Notes: generated from the sequence alone by a model not told the origin. A stretch of 64,000 nt of DNA from Eledone cirrhosa (GCA_964016885.1 OZ024753.1:29450001-29514000); one strand, 5' to 3'. Shown: positions 13,051 to 26,051, counted from the first letter of the stretch. Translations and numbers: made by a program.

Positions 13051-13322
13051 GGTAGGCACGACAGGGTGGAGAATACATTGCTGCGGAAGACGGCGAGAAA
13101 AACGCGCTGAAACAGCCCCCCCCCCTCACGTGGCTCGCACCTGCGGGCGGCTAACTCTGCTCCGATAGCAGTGAGTAGGGATGTGGTCCGGGGGCCAAGA
13201 ATGTCGGAGGTCTCCACTGCTACAGGCTCTACCACGAACCTATTCGAGAGCGGTCGATACTTGGACAGTTTGCCCTCTTCGGCTTAGCGGGCAGCAGAAC
13301 CTGGGTTGGTAGATGAAGCTTC
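13051..13322 (-). mobile_element. CRE-clade non-LTR retrotransposon, C-terminal restriction-like endonuclease fragment
   Basis: PGSAAR*AEEGKLSKY..RFVVEPVAVETSDILGP..LFQRVFLAVFRSN matches the K..KY / P.A.ET.G / FQR.S.A.QRGN pattern. Confidence 0.7.
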
Positions 13323-13884
13323 ACTGGTCGTCTTATCATCTACTTCGACTAGATAACGAGGGGATCTTCTGCGTTTCTCTGTAGTTATATCCATTTATTT
13401 AGTTTTTACAATTAATATACTTTCTGAGTAAACATAAACATGACTGTATATATATGTCGGTACGTATGTGTGTGTGTGTGTGGGGGTGTGTGTTTGTATG
13501 GGTGTGTGTGCTTGGGAATTATGTATGTGTATGTGTATTTATGTGTGTGTGTGTGTGTGTGTGTGGTTAATGTGTGTGCTTGTGAATGGTGTGTATGTGT
13601 GTATTTGTGTGTGTAGTTAATATGTGTGCTAGTAAGTGTTGTGTGTGTATGTGTGTGTGTGTGTAGTTAATGTGTGTGAATGTGTACTTTTGTGTGTTTT
13701 GTGTCTATAGTTCTTTAGTGTGTTTTAATCATTACTGTAAAGCCATGTTAGAGCACAACCATCAAGTAATGAACTAAATTACACAAAATTCATTATAAGT
13801 AATTTGGAAACGGAATCAGAATCCATATCAAATATCAAAAACAGACATAGGGGACTGACAAACTTTCATGTGAGGCTTAATAAA

Positions 13885-14134
13885 CAAGTGGTCTAATAAT
13901 ATAGTGGCCTAATAATATAGTGGCCTAATAATATAGTGGTCTACTAATCAATTGGTCTAATAATCAATTGGTCTAATAATCAAGTGGTCTAATAATATAG
14001 TGGCCTAATAATATAGTGGTCTAATAATCAAGTGGTCTAATAATCAAGTGGTCTAATAATATAGTGGCCTAATAATATAGTGGTCTAATAATCAAGTTGT
14101 CTAATAATCAAGTGGTCTAATAATCAAGTGGTCT
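13885..14134. repeat. 16-bp minisatellite with two variants (tggtctaataatcaag / tggcctaataatatag)
   Basis: About 15 tandem units. Confidence 0.95.
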
Positions 14135-14139
14135 GATGG

Positions 14140-14257
14140 ATATTATTTATTTTGAGAACAATACCTTAACATAAGTTGAGCGGCCAGTTACAGCCAGTTT
14201 GTACAGAAAGAGGTGAGAGTATTCTCGCTGGATATGGCCGGTTTAAATACTAAAGAG
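14140..14257 (-). mobile_element. piggyBac-like MITE fragment
   Basis: Reverse complement of 1326-1445; ends taaagag|TTAA. Confidence 0.6.
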
Positions 14258-16624
14258 TTAAGTTGTGCCTCTCATTATTTTAGAGTGTAGAAGCTTACTT
14301 CCTGGTTTCTGGCAGTTGGCTTGATGCATATTGTTGACTTATTAGTATATTAGAACAACTAGTAGACTCTATATATTGAGTTATATGCCTGTAATTATTT
14401 CACTAAGTTGTGTCTCATTCTATATATTTCATCACTAAGTTGTGTCTTATTCTATATATTGAGATGCCTGTAATTATTTCAAGGGCGGTGGATTGACAGT
14501 ATCGGTAGAGGGTAATTGCTGCCCTTGTGGGTAATGTAGAAACAATTATTAAGTTGTGCCTCTCATTATTTTACAAAGCCAGACAGACTTCCCTTATATA
14601 CGTATGTTCTCATCCGGCTTTACTATATCCCCACCATCACCTCCAAAACAAAAGTTAAGTCATTTTATATGAGTTCCAATAGATTGTCAATTGTTATAGA
14701 CTGTCGGTTTGATCTTTCATTCCTCTAGATCAATCGGTAATCGATTGAAAAGGAAAAGTTTGACAATTAGTTCAATGCAACATCATCAGTTGAAATATTA
14801 ACTTGGTTATAGTTTAGTAGAGGAGATGAAGAAAGCCTTCACTTTTTAAGTTGCTTAAGTATGTAACCTCTCTCCTCTCCATTTCCAAAAGAGAAGCAAT
14901 GAACTCTTCTTTACTCATTTTAATCAGATAAATGTTCATTGATTGAACAACATCAAAGGTGGAATGGTTAAACTAGTTTAGAAAATTCAAACCGGATCTA
15001 AAAGAAAATAAGTTTAAAAGAACAATAGAATCGATAATTGTTAACATCGTGAATAGGAATAACTTTATAATGAATGTTGGCCAAATAAACAAAGGAATGC
15101 AAGAATAAACAAATGGAAAAATATAGTAAATAAAAATGTTTAAAATTAAAGGAATTCTCTGCATGCACATCCATTATCGAGATAAATACATTATATTTCA
15201 CATTATACAAGTTAGTTATATGAAAAACAAAAGAGAATTGAAGTGAAAATAAAGATATATATTTATTTATTTATAGATTTAATCTATAAGTTATTTTTTC
15301 TTACTTTTTATATTAAATATTTCATCTTCGTTTTGTGTGATTACAATGTTTTAGCTATTGGACATAACAAATGGTTTGTTTCAGTAACAAAAACACAATC
15401 ATATTATGTTTTCAATAATTAATCATTAGTTCTAGAATGTCTTCCTTACTCTTCTTAATTCTTCTTTTTAACTTTAAAATATAACTGCATATTATATTTG
15501 ACTGATTTCTAATGTTTCTATAGGCTTTTGTATCGTAATGCTGCTAATATAACCTAAAAGATCATGATATTATAAATGGCCCGTCAAATTCAAAACTCTA
15601 TTTGATATTGACTTACAAGGGGAATATTTCTGTATTAAATAACAGTATTTAGAGAAAATGCCAAAGTTATGGAGACGCTTAAACAAGTATCAGACTAAAT
15701 GTACTTTCTGTTGCAAAACAAAAGCCATGCCTCACATATGTGAATATAAAATTCTGCTTGAAATTGGCTTCAACATTCTTTCTCTTTCAAAGATTCTAAC
15801 AATATGCTACTGTTGAATCAATCGACAATAAATCTTTCACATTCCAACTGTCTCTAACAATATTATGAAATTCATGATTTTTCATTTCCTTCGCTTAAAA
15901 GAACCCATATGATTTATTCCATTGTAGAAAAAAAGAAATTTCCTTAATAACCTTAATTTTTCCTCCTACTCATCTGTATTTCTGTTGAGTTATTCACGCA
16001 TTTCTTTCTACACAATCTATTCATTCATCTCTCATGATTCATTTCGAACTGAGTTAATGTGGAAAATAAGTAGGTGTTCTGATAGAAGAAGATTTGCTTT
16101 ATAACATCAAAATTCGCAGTCAGTACACAATTTAGGTTGTTTGGTTCAATGTTTACTGAGAGATGTCATACTTTGTTACCATAACGTACTAGAAATCATC
16201 ATAGTGTTAATAGTTTGGTGGTCATTTCTCTCACTGGAAAGAAAGATCATTCAGTCACGGTTCCGACTTTGAACTCAGAACAGATACCTAACACATTGAT
16301 GCAATAAATGTCTTAACATTTTCCTCCTTCAATTATTTATAACTAGACATTATCGGTCATGGCATTATAAATATAGTTTCTTCTCTTAATGTGAACTGTA
16401 AAAATATATTTGCATGCCTAATTTTATTGTAATCAAATACAATATGTTAAACTTAGTGTAGAAAATATCTGTTTACTCATTTGGGTAACTCATATATAAA
16501 GTCAATGGGCAACTCATATCAAAAGCTGATGGTTAACATATCTAAAGCCTATGAATAGCCCATATCAGAATCCTATGAGTAAATCATGTATAAATCACAA
16601 ACACACTTCTAGCTGCATTCTTTC

Positions 16625-16768
16625 ATAACTGTTATGGCCCTTTACGTTCCGAGTCAAATCCTGTCGAGGTTAACTTTGCCTTTCATCCTTACGGAGTCGA
16701 TAAAATAAAGTACCAGTAATGCACTGGGGTAATTGCTGACCTTGTGCCCAAAGTAGGAACAATTATTT
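16625..16768 (+). mobile_element. tRNA-SINE A, 5' truncated
   Basis: Central domain and tail match the family. Confidence 0.85.
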
Positions 16769-19137
16769 CATAACTGGAGGCAATAGTTATCATATCTTCT
16801 GACTGTCAATTGTAATTGCGATTGATCAGCTATGTAGAAGATGTAATTTAGAAGATAGATTTGAGTATCAGTTCTATGAGGTACCCTTTTCAAACTCTTG
16901 TGTTCTGTTCTTTAGAATTCGAAGTTCAAAATATACATTCTGGATAATTGTCTTCTAAATTTTGACAAGGTCATTCAACACATTCCTTCCATGTCACTTA
17001 TGAAATATTTATTATATTGTTGTCTTATTCTAACATCGACAATTCCATGCGGTTTCCTTTCATATTGCTAGATGATACAAAGAAATTGAGTCTTAATGGT
17101 CAATGACAAACTTGTAATGTGATCACTAGTCAAGTTCCTTATCCCCGACTACTGAACTGAATAAATTATTATTTGAGTGGACTATTTCTATGTTCTGTAT
17201 TCACCAACTGAAATCATATAACCTATTGAACCGTTCTAATGTTATTATTACCTTATGAAGGAAAGTAAACATTTCATCGTTTGATCTATTTGATGTTAGA
17301 GAAACTATGAACAATGTTGAAAAATAGTATTTGAAATGTATGGATAATCAAATAAAGATAATACTTTACAATAACTCTGCAATAACTTTCATTGTATTTA
17401 AACTCCTGCGGCACATATAAGCAAATTATAGCAGAAAGGAGTGTATGATCACTACAAACCAACATTCTTAATTAAAACTTTTCTAAAAGCTGAATTAAAC
17501 TTTGTAGCCCACATAATTGAAAGACTGAGATTGTATTTATACTTGGTTTATATAGCTAACATATAGTTTGTTATAACTGTCAATATTGGCAAATGATGTG
17601 AACTTTTGTAAAGGAGTATACAATAACCTAGTAGGGGTGCATGTAGGGGTGTATGGAGTCCTGCATGCAGGGATAAAGGGCAGAAAATGTGGTAAAGTTT
17701 CTGGGTCTGTCAGTGGTATGTGTGTTTATGGGGTGTATTATGTGAACGGGTCTCTCTGTTCTGGGTGTCTCTCTTATCTGTTTGTTCATGCATACGATCT
17801 AGCTGTATGTATATGTGCAAGCACCAGGTGTGTGTGTTTGTGTGTGTATATGTGTACTAATCGGTTTGTGTGTATGTGTCCTGTCGTAGTATGTAGGTGT
17901 GTTGGTGAATCAGCGTACACGCGCGGTGATAGTATCAAGCATATGTTTTATGTGTTTATGGGCTTGCATCGTGGTATGTGTGTACGTCTGCATGCATGTG
18001 CCTCTCTGTGTATGTGTATACTGTGGTTGGTTTGTATAAGTACGTTTGGGTGTCACACAGGGACTAGGTGTCCATGTGTCTGCCTGTCTGTTCGTATGTG
18101 CGTCTGTATGTGTATCTGTCTGCCAGTCTGCCTATGTCTGTGTGCCATTTGAGAAAAGTAAGAGTATAAATGTAATGTAAACACCTACCATCTTCAGAGA
18201 ACTTTGAAGCAAATTGTTCAAGAAACAGAAAAGCACCATATCAGAGAAATTTGGTAAAGCTACCTTATAACAAAGGCCATAAGTATTATCACAGCTTCTT
18301 GGGACAGAGTAACCGACAACTACATCAACAAATTTTGAAAGAATGTATGACCAGAGGCATACAATATGTTTCAGGAATTTTACCAAAATATCGTATCTTT
18401 GATTTGGGCAGCGAAAGATAAATGAGGTACAGTTAAATGTGGTCGAGTTAATAGAATCTCAAGAGAGGTTATTTGTATAACATCATATTTCTGTCTATGA
18501 AGTTTTCAATATTTGTCTGTAAAGTTTGATAGCAAGTTGTTGAATATTTCAGTGTCTAAGCTGCCACCTTTACATTTACTATTTCAAAATACCATATGAA
18601 ACTCACACCTCTGTTTATATAATGAACCAGTATAGCACTGCATTTTATAGCTGAACTTAAATATCATCGTAAATTTATATGGCGTACATTAAGTATGCCA
18701 TCACCCACTGATCTATTGATTTTCATGAGCATGGCGTTTCGGAATTATTTAATTTCGAATAAATTTATATTTTGCCAGGCAATGAAATTATTTATTCCTC
18801 TTAATGACTGGTTCACAACTAATTTGGCCAGCTTTGAGAAGGTATATTTGAGAAGGTATATTTCACTAATGAAGTTATAAAATGCTCAAAACCTTTTCAA
18901 TAGTGTTCTCCCGAAAAAACTGAAAACCACAGATCTCATCAATAATATATTTTTCTCGCTGTATAAGTATTTCTAGTTTATATATATTTATTCTACACTT
19001 CATTCTTTAAGCTTGATGTCACCAAGAATTATACAATACTTTAGGGTTAGTGGGAGTTCAGCTCCCCTTGTGTTCTGGCCTGGTGTACGTGTGTGTGTAT
19101 CTTTACTTCTATTCATTCGTTATTACATACTATAAAA

Positions 19138-19232
19138 ACTGTTTCTACTTTTGGCACAAGGCTAGCAATTATCCCAGCGCATTATTGGTACTTTATTTTA
19201 TCGACCCTGTAAAGATGAAAGGCAAAGTTAAC
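19138..19232 (-). mobile_element. tRNA-SINE A, 3' half
   Basis: Family match. Confidence 0.8.
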
Positions 19233-19644
19233 AACATCAGAAGACAAAGAGAGTATCATTTGCCCCTGTGCCTGAATGTATGAGTTTTCTGGATGGCCAT
19301 TCCTTCAACCGCTTATAAACCAGCTTATAAACCCTTCTACCGTTTCTCCCGATTTCCTCTTGATCCACTCTCTGGCATATACGCATGCAAACGCAGAGGC
19401 AAATACAGAGAAAGGCACATACATAAATGCACTCGTTGCTGCACATACACACAAAACCATCCTCTTTATCTGTTAGTATACTAACAGTTTCGGAATTCTG
19501 TTTTGTATCTTTGAACTAACGAGATATTTAACAACATTTTACATTTCAGTAGAATTCTTATCACTATCTTATAACTCATCAAGCAATGTTTTTGGTTTCC
19601 CTTTCAATCAGAGGATATATATATATATATGTATATGCTGTATG

Positions 19645-19675
<31 letters not shown>

Positions 19676-19692
19676 ATGTTGTGCGTATATAT

Positions 19693-19757
<65 letters not shown>

Positions 19758-19761
<4 letters not shown>

Positions 19762-20104
19762 TCAGATGGTGGATGGGTGCTACACGAGAATGCTGAGGAT
19801 GGCTCTGAACATTAATCAGTATACACTGAGGATGAAAAACTCAGAGCTGTATGGGAGCATCCCAAAAGTCAGCTCAAAAGTAACACAGAGGAGACTGAGG
19901 TTGGCTGGACATGCTCACCGACATCCAGAGTTGACATTGCACTCAGTGCTCCTGTGGGAGCCCCTACATGGACACACTAGAAGAGGAAGACCAAGGTTAA
20001 CGTATGTTGATGCCCTAAGGACAGACACTGGTCTGTTGGAGATGCAGGACAGAGACCGCTGGAGAGAACTCGTCCATGGATCTCGGGAATTTTACCCGCC
20101 TTAG
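19758..20104 (+). mobile_element. RTE-clade LINE 3' end inserted in (TA)n
   Basis: [53 protein letters not shown]; close to the copy at 24304-25012 but with a 21-nt internal deletion. Confidence 0.9.
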
Positions 20105-20575
20105 ATATATATATATATATACACATATATATATATGTATTACCCATGTACCCAGTATAGTCAAAAGTAGGTTGTTATTCAGTCAAGTTACTATGTAATG
20201 CAGTACACAGTCAGAAATATTTCGATGTTTTGTTCGAAACATTTTTTTTTTATTTCACTTCAGATCCAATAACACATTTTACTAATTAAATTTAGTTTTC
20301 ATGATAAACATACACACATACACACTTTCACATAGAAAACGCATACATGTATACATGTACACATATATACACGCTTCAAATATACGTCTATATATGTGTG
20401 CTTGTGTGTGTGCTGTGTGTGTGTATGTACATATATATACATACACACACACTTATATATATGTGTGTGTATGTGTGCAGGTGTATATATATGTATATAT
20501 ATATATATATATATGCATTTATACATATACATATATATATATGTGTGTGTGTGTGGGTGTGGGTGTATGTGTGTG

Positions 20576-20651
<76 letters not shown>

Positions 20652-20667
20652 CATATAGATATGTGTG

Positions 20668-20698
<31 letters not shown>

Positions 20699-21013
20699 AT
20701 ATGTCTGTGTGTGTATATATATGTGTGTATATATATATACACACATATATATACATACACAGACATATATATATATACACCCACATATATATATATACAC
20801 ACACCCATATATATATATGTGTGTATATATGTATATATATGTGTGTGTGGGAGTGTGTGTTTATATATATATGTGTGTATATATATATATGTGTATATAT
20901 GTATATATGTGTGTGTGTATATATATATGTGTATATATGTATATATGTGTGTGTATATATATGTGTGTATATATATATGTGTGTATATATATATATATAT
21001 GTATATACATCAA

Positions 21014-21074
21014 GGGCGGTGCCCCAGCATGGCCTCAGCCGGATGGCTGAAACAGGTAAAAGAGTAAAAGAGTA
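21014..21074 (+). mobile_element. Retroposon 3' tail fragment with (taaaagag) tail
   Basis: Near-identical reverse-strand copy at 57327-57384. Confidence 0.7.
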
Positions 21075-21436
21075 ATATATGTGTGTGTGTGTGTGTGTGT
21101 GTGCGTGTGTATGTATTGATAATTATATTCTCACACTAACAAACATACGTTTGTTTTCCAGTTAAGTTGCTGGGAGCAGTTAGCTTCTGAGACGGTACAG
21201 TGTAAACTGATTATTTCAACAGAATCTCACTTAAAAAGGCCATCTCTCTATTTATGTCAGCATCTTTCAAGTCATCTTCTCCCACTCGCTTCCTTTGTAT
21301 CATTCTTCATCTTTTCTTCATTTATCCTATTTTCTTTCTTTCTTTCTTTCTTTCTTTTTTCTTCGTGTGTTTGTGTGTGTGTCTCCATTTACATTTCATT
21401 AGTTATGTGTACACACACACACACGTAAACTCATAA

Positions 21437-21516
<80 letters not shown>

Positions 21517-21683
21517 GTATATATATATATATGTGTATATATATATATATATATACACATATATATGTATATATATATGTACATATATATATGTATATAT
21601 ATACGTATATATATATATGTATTTATATATATATACATATATGTGTGTGTGTATATATATATATATGTATATATATGTGTGTG

Positions 21684-21771
<88 letters not shown>

Positions 21772-22061
21772 CTCACAAGCTTGCACATGCAAACACCACA
21801 CACACATACACTTCCCTTTACTTGAATCTTGTTAGTCCATAGGAATTCTTACAAGTGAAAACTAATTCCTTGCTAGCATTATGCATGTAAGTGTGTTTCT
21901 ATATATATATGCGTGTGTGTGTGCGTGTGTATGGGGGAGGCATATGTATATGTGTGTGTGTGTGTAATTTTGCCTTCGTATTACATAGTGTACGTGTGCA
22001 TGTATATGTGGTTCCAATGTTTAGTTTTTCTATTGTAAGACAAGTAAATATAAATCTCCTG

Positions 22062-22092
<31 letters not shown>

Positions 22093-22399
22093 TCGCCACC
22101 ACCACCATCGCCACCACCACCATCGCCACCACCACCACCAGATGAAACTAACGAACGATTTGAGCTTTCTTCTGTAACTGTTGCAGAAATCGTACCTTTG
22201 CTTTATCTTGGACTGTTTCAGCTCTGTATCTGAAAAGAGGGTATTAACCCTGAAATACACTGGGTAAAATATTACTTTGTTTTGTTTCATTTACCATCAT
22301 TTCTCCTTCGTATTTTCTACTGCATTGTACCGGTTTTTAAAAAACTTATCGGTCATTTACTATATATATCTAAAAAGTCTAAGTCTTAAGTCAGAAGGG

Positions 22400-22590
22400 T
22401 CATTTGGCCGGTGCTTATCCCGGTTTCATGGCGTGAAGCGACTGAGAGTACAACACTCTCCGCTGGACAGGAGGCCAGTCCATTGCAATATTATACCCCC
22501 AGCTATTTCGGGTGAGTATACTGGAGCAACGTGAAATGAAATGTTTTGCTCAAGAACACAGCACGCAACCCAGGAATATGAACTCACGAT
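22400..22590 (-). mobile_element. CORE/V-like tRNA SINE fragment
   Basis: ctggagcaacgtgaaatgaaatgttttgctcaagaacac shared with 4414-4455. Confidence 0.65.
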
Positions 22591-22770
22591 TGGCAGTATC
22601 GGTAGAGTGTCGGACGCCATGCTTTCCAGCATAGTTACGTCCCTTTACGATCTGAGTTCAAATCGCGCCGAGGTTGACTTTGCCTTTCATCCTTACGGGG
22701 TCGATAAAATAAAGTACCAGTAATGCACTGAGTAATTGCTGGCCTTGTGCCTAAAGTAGAAACAATTATG
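22590..22770 (+). mobile_element. tRNA-SINE A, near full length
   Basis: Box A, box B, central domain, tail. Confidence 0.9.
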
Positions 22771-22786
22771 ATTGTAAGTCCAACAC

Positions 22787-22828
<42 letters not shown>

Positions 22829-22830
<2 letters not shown>

Positions 22831-22900
22831 TGTCCCAAAACACACTTCAACAGCATTCTAATCAGTGTGTATACATTTTTTTTTGGGGGGGGGACACCCT
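22829..22900. mobile_element. Tc1/mariner MITE (family of 3783-3861) in (TA)n
   Basis: ggtgtcccaaaa ... gggggacaccct with the same core ttcaacagcattct. Confidence 0.75.
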
Positions 22901-22937
22901 ATATATATATATATATAACGTTTTTTGAAATATCCAG

Positions 22938-23282
22938 TTCTGCGTTTACAGATTGACTTTGTTAGTTTCAGAAGATCCCGTTAAGGGTGAAAGCAGCGAT
23001 TCTTCGCTTAAACTTTAATCTGTTATTTTAATAAATATATATATATATATATATTTACTTCTGCGTTCACATATTGATTTTTTTAGTTTCAGAAGATCCC
23101 GTTAAGGGTGAAAGCAGCGATTCTTTGCTTAAACTTTAATCTGTTATTTTAATAAATATATATATATATATATATATTTACTTCTGCGTTCACATATTGA
23201 TTTTTTTAGTTTCAGAAGATCCCGTTAAGGGTGAAAGCAGCGATTCTTTGCTTAAACATTAATCTGTTATTTTAATAAATAT
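22938..23282 (+). repeat. Three tandem 121-123 bp units, each with a variant hammerhead fold, separated by (TA)n
   Basis: Units start at 22938, 23059 and 23182; agttt-CAGAAGA-t-ccc gttaa ggg-t-GAAA-gcag cgattct ttgc-TT-aaact. Confidence 0.85.
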
Positions 23283-23365
23283 TTGCTCTAGGGTTCTTAT
23301 ATATTTGATATATAGTTATCCTTATCGAGCCCTCTTTGGCTTTTAGTCTTCAAATTTATTATTAT

Positions 23366-23463
<98 letters not shown>

Positions 23464-24105
23464 ACATATATATATATATACATTGTATTTATATATATAT
23501 ATAATAGTAACATATATACACACATACACACACACACAACTACTCTCCATTGCACCACAACTAATCTATTTCTCTTTGAATGTCTGTGATGTCAATGTAG
23601 TTTTGTCAGTTTATATGAAACAGTCCGTAATTAATAAATAATATTGAAATATTCTTTGGAGACTAAGGTGAAAGAAAGAAAATGTTAAGATTTAGGAAAA
23701 CTCGATCAAGCACATATGAAAGTGGTCTTTATAGATACTTGTGAAGTGGAATGTTTGTCTTGTTAAACGACATATGCGTTGAAGATTGTTATAATAAGTA
23801 AGAAATAATTCAATTTCTTCTCTAAGAATAGACAGCCTGCTTGTGAAATACACTTGGATATATTATTTCCTTATTAGATAAGCAATAAATGTTGGAGAAA
23901 TGTGGTAAATTTTGAAAAAATCATTCACTGCTGATATTTATATTGCGTTATTGATAAATGTGGAGATACAGATATTTTCTATTTGATTTACTGGAGTGAA
24001 ACATGTTTGCACACTTAGGAAAATTCATTGCACTTGATTAACGAGTTCAAATAATGGCTAAATTTTGTTCAACAGTCACTTGGCAGAGAAGTTCTTCATG
24101 TAAAG

Positions 24106-25161
24106 CAGCGGTTCTCAAACGTTTTGGACCACCGCCACCCATCATGGTCACGTAATACCCTCAGTGCCCCCAACCCTATTTCCAGAGAGACTTGCCTACA
24201 GGCAAATTGTAAATAATATATAATAAATAAAATCGTGAATTTATATATAATAATTTAATGTATACTATGTATAAATAAATATTATATATTTTTATTTTAC
24301 TATCTATCTAGGGCGGGTAAAATTCCCGAGATCCATGAACGAGTTCTCTCCAGCGGTCTCTGTCCCTCATTATCGCTGCCATGTCCTGCGTCTCCAACAG
24401 ACCAGTGTCTGTCCTTAGGGCATCAACATATGTTAACTTCGGTCTTCCTCTTCCAGTGTGTCCATGCAGGGGCTCCCACAGGAGCACTGGGTGCAGTGTC
24501 AACTCTGGATGTCGGTGAGCATGTCCAGCTAACCTCAGTCTCCTCTGTGTCACTTTTGTGGAGACTGTGTCGATGAGTGTGGGGCTGAGAATGAAGACTA
24601 AAACAAAATATCTGGTAGAGAATATTCAGAAGCCAGATAAGATCACTAATGTAGGCGGGAAGCCGCTAGAATTCGTTGAGGACTTCCTGTATTTGGGAGC
24701 AAAGATTGGGAATACGGAAGACGATGTGGTCGAGAGGAAGAGCAAAGCCTGGGCGGCGTGCCACAGCTTGAGATCGGTGTGGGAGTCGGACCTTCGTAAA
24801 GACCTGAAGATCCGCCTCTTCGTTGCTGAAGTGGAGTCTGTGCTGCTGTACGGATCTGAGACTTGGAACCTGACCAAGAAACTCACTCAGATGGTGGATG
24901 GGTGCTACACGAGAATGCTGAGGATGGCTCTGAACATTAATCAGTATACACTGAGGATGAAAAACTCAGAGCTGTCCGGGAGCCTCCCAAAGGTCAACTG
25001 AAAAGTGACACAAAGTATTTTACTATATTTATAAATATGTATCATTTGATATTTAATATACTATTATATCATCTCTACCGACCCCCAACCACCCCCTTAG
25101 GTTCCAGTGCCTTCCATGTCCTTCTCAACGCCCCCCGGGAAGAACGCTTTCAGAACCACTG
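24106..25161 (+). mobile_element. hAT (Charlie-like) MITE with 8-bp TSD, hosting a nested RTE
   Basis: atgtaaag|CAGCGGTTCTCAAA ... TTTCAGAACCACTG|atgtaaag. Confidence 0.9.
24304..25012 (-). mobile_element. RTE-clade LINE with 5' inversion (3' part minus at 24304-24557; RT part plus at 24558-25012)
   Basis: FLYLG..KAWAAC..KIRLF..VESVLLYGSETW on plus; RRLRLAGH..FYPP* on minus; (ATAG) tail; 11-bp TSD tattttactat. Confidence 0.9.
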
Positions 25162-25285
25162 ATGTAAAGCATACTTCATGATAAAATAAAATTATTTATT
25201 TATACATATGTATATATGTACATATGTACAGTATATATATATGTTTTTCATATAGATATGACTTGACCCCTAAAGTACTTGAATT

Positions 25286-25332
25286 GTTTCATCCGTTTGA
25301 AATCATTGCTGGTGATTTCAAACGGATGAAAC
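25286..25332. repeat. Perfect 20-bp hairpin
   Basis: gtttcatccgtttgaaatca-ttgctgg-tgatttcaaacggatgaaac. Confidence 0.9.
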
Positions 25333-25410
25333 TGTGGTTTCTTTCTGATACCAATCGGAAATGTTTTCTTAAATATATATATATGTGTGTGTATATATAT
25401 ATATATATAT

Positions 25411-25960
25411 ATTTCGTTTCTGAATTTGTTTAGCAAGATTCTTTATCTGAAATCGTGTGTTGAAACCGATATTGTTATACGTTGGGAGGGTCATGTTGCC
25501 AATAAGAAACACACGCACCAGTTGCTTTCACTTCAATTTATTATAATAAATTTATAAATTTAGGAATTTATAAATTTATGGTTGGTTGGCTGGTTCCACA
25601 ACCAGATAGTTGTTTATATATTGTCAAAGTTCTTTCGTCACACATTCTGTGACCTCTTCGGTGACTGGGGATTCTTTTCTTTGTTTTTGTGTCTCTCCTT
25701 TGTTTTATTCTGTCCTACGCCATTTTGTTTCTGTGGAGAGACACAAAAACAAAGAAAAGAATCCCCAGTCACTGAAGAGGTCACAGAATGTGTGACGAAA
25801 GAACTTTGACAATATATAAACAACTATCTGGTTGTGGAACCAACCAACCAACCAGAAATTTATAAATTCCTAAATTTATAAATTTATTATAATAAATTGA
25901 AGTGAAAGCAGTTGGTGCGTGTGTTTCTTATTGGCAACATGACCCTCCCAAAGTATAACA

Positions 25961-25964
<4 letters not shown>
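25411..25964. mobile_element. Inverted (palindromic) Penelope-like pseudo-LTR with hammerhead and ORF start in each arm
   Basis: Arms of about 230 bp at 25469-25698 and 25735-25964 with a 36-bp spacer; HHR core at 25768-25810; ATG at 25939(+) and 25494(-); both ends in (TA)n. Confidence 0.75.

Positions 25965-26051
<87 letters not shown>

Noticed and set aside
17586-18152. 188-aa Cys/Val-rich ORF
   Set aside because: Degenerate (TG)n-derived sequence
11430-19000. Decayed protocadherin/cadherin (IHDVNN near 15040, HID near 11940)
   Set aside because: Isolated short matches in AT-rich DNA; no DxNDNxP/LDxE spacing and no sustained frame
22197-22250. Minus-strand exon candidates (22197-22250, about 49603-49670)
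   Set aside because: Plausible splice sites but no recognisable peptide or consistent partner exons
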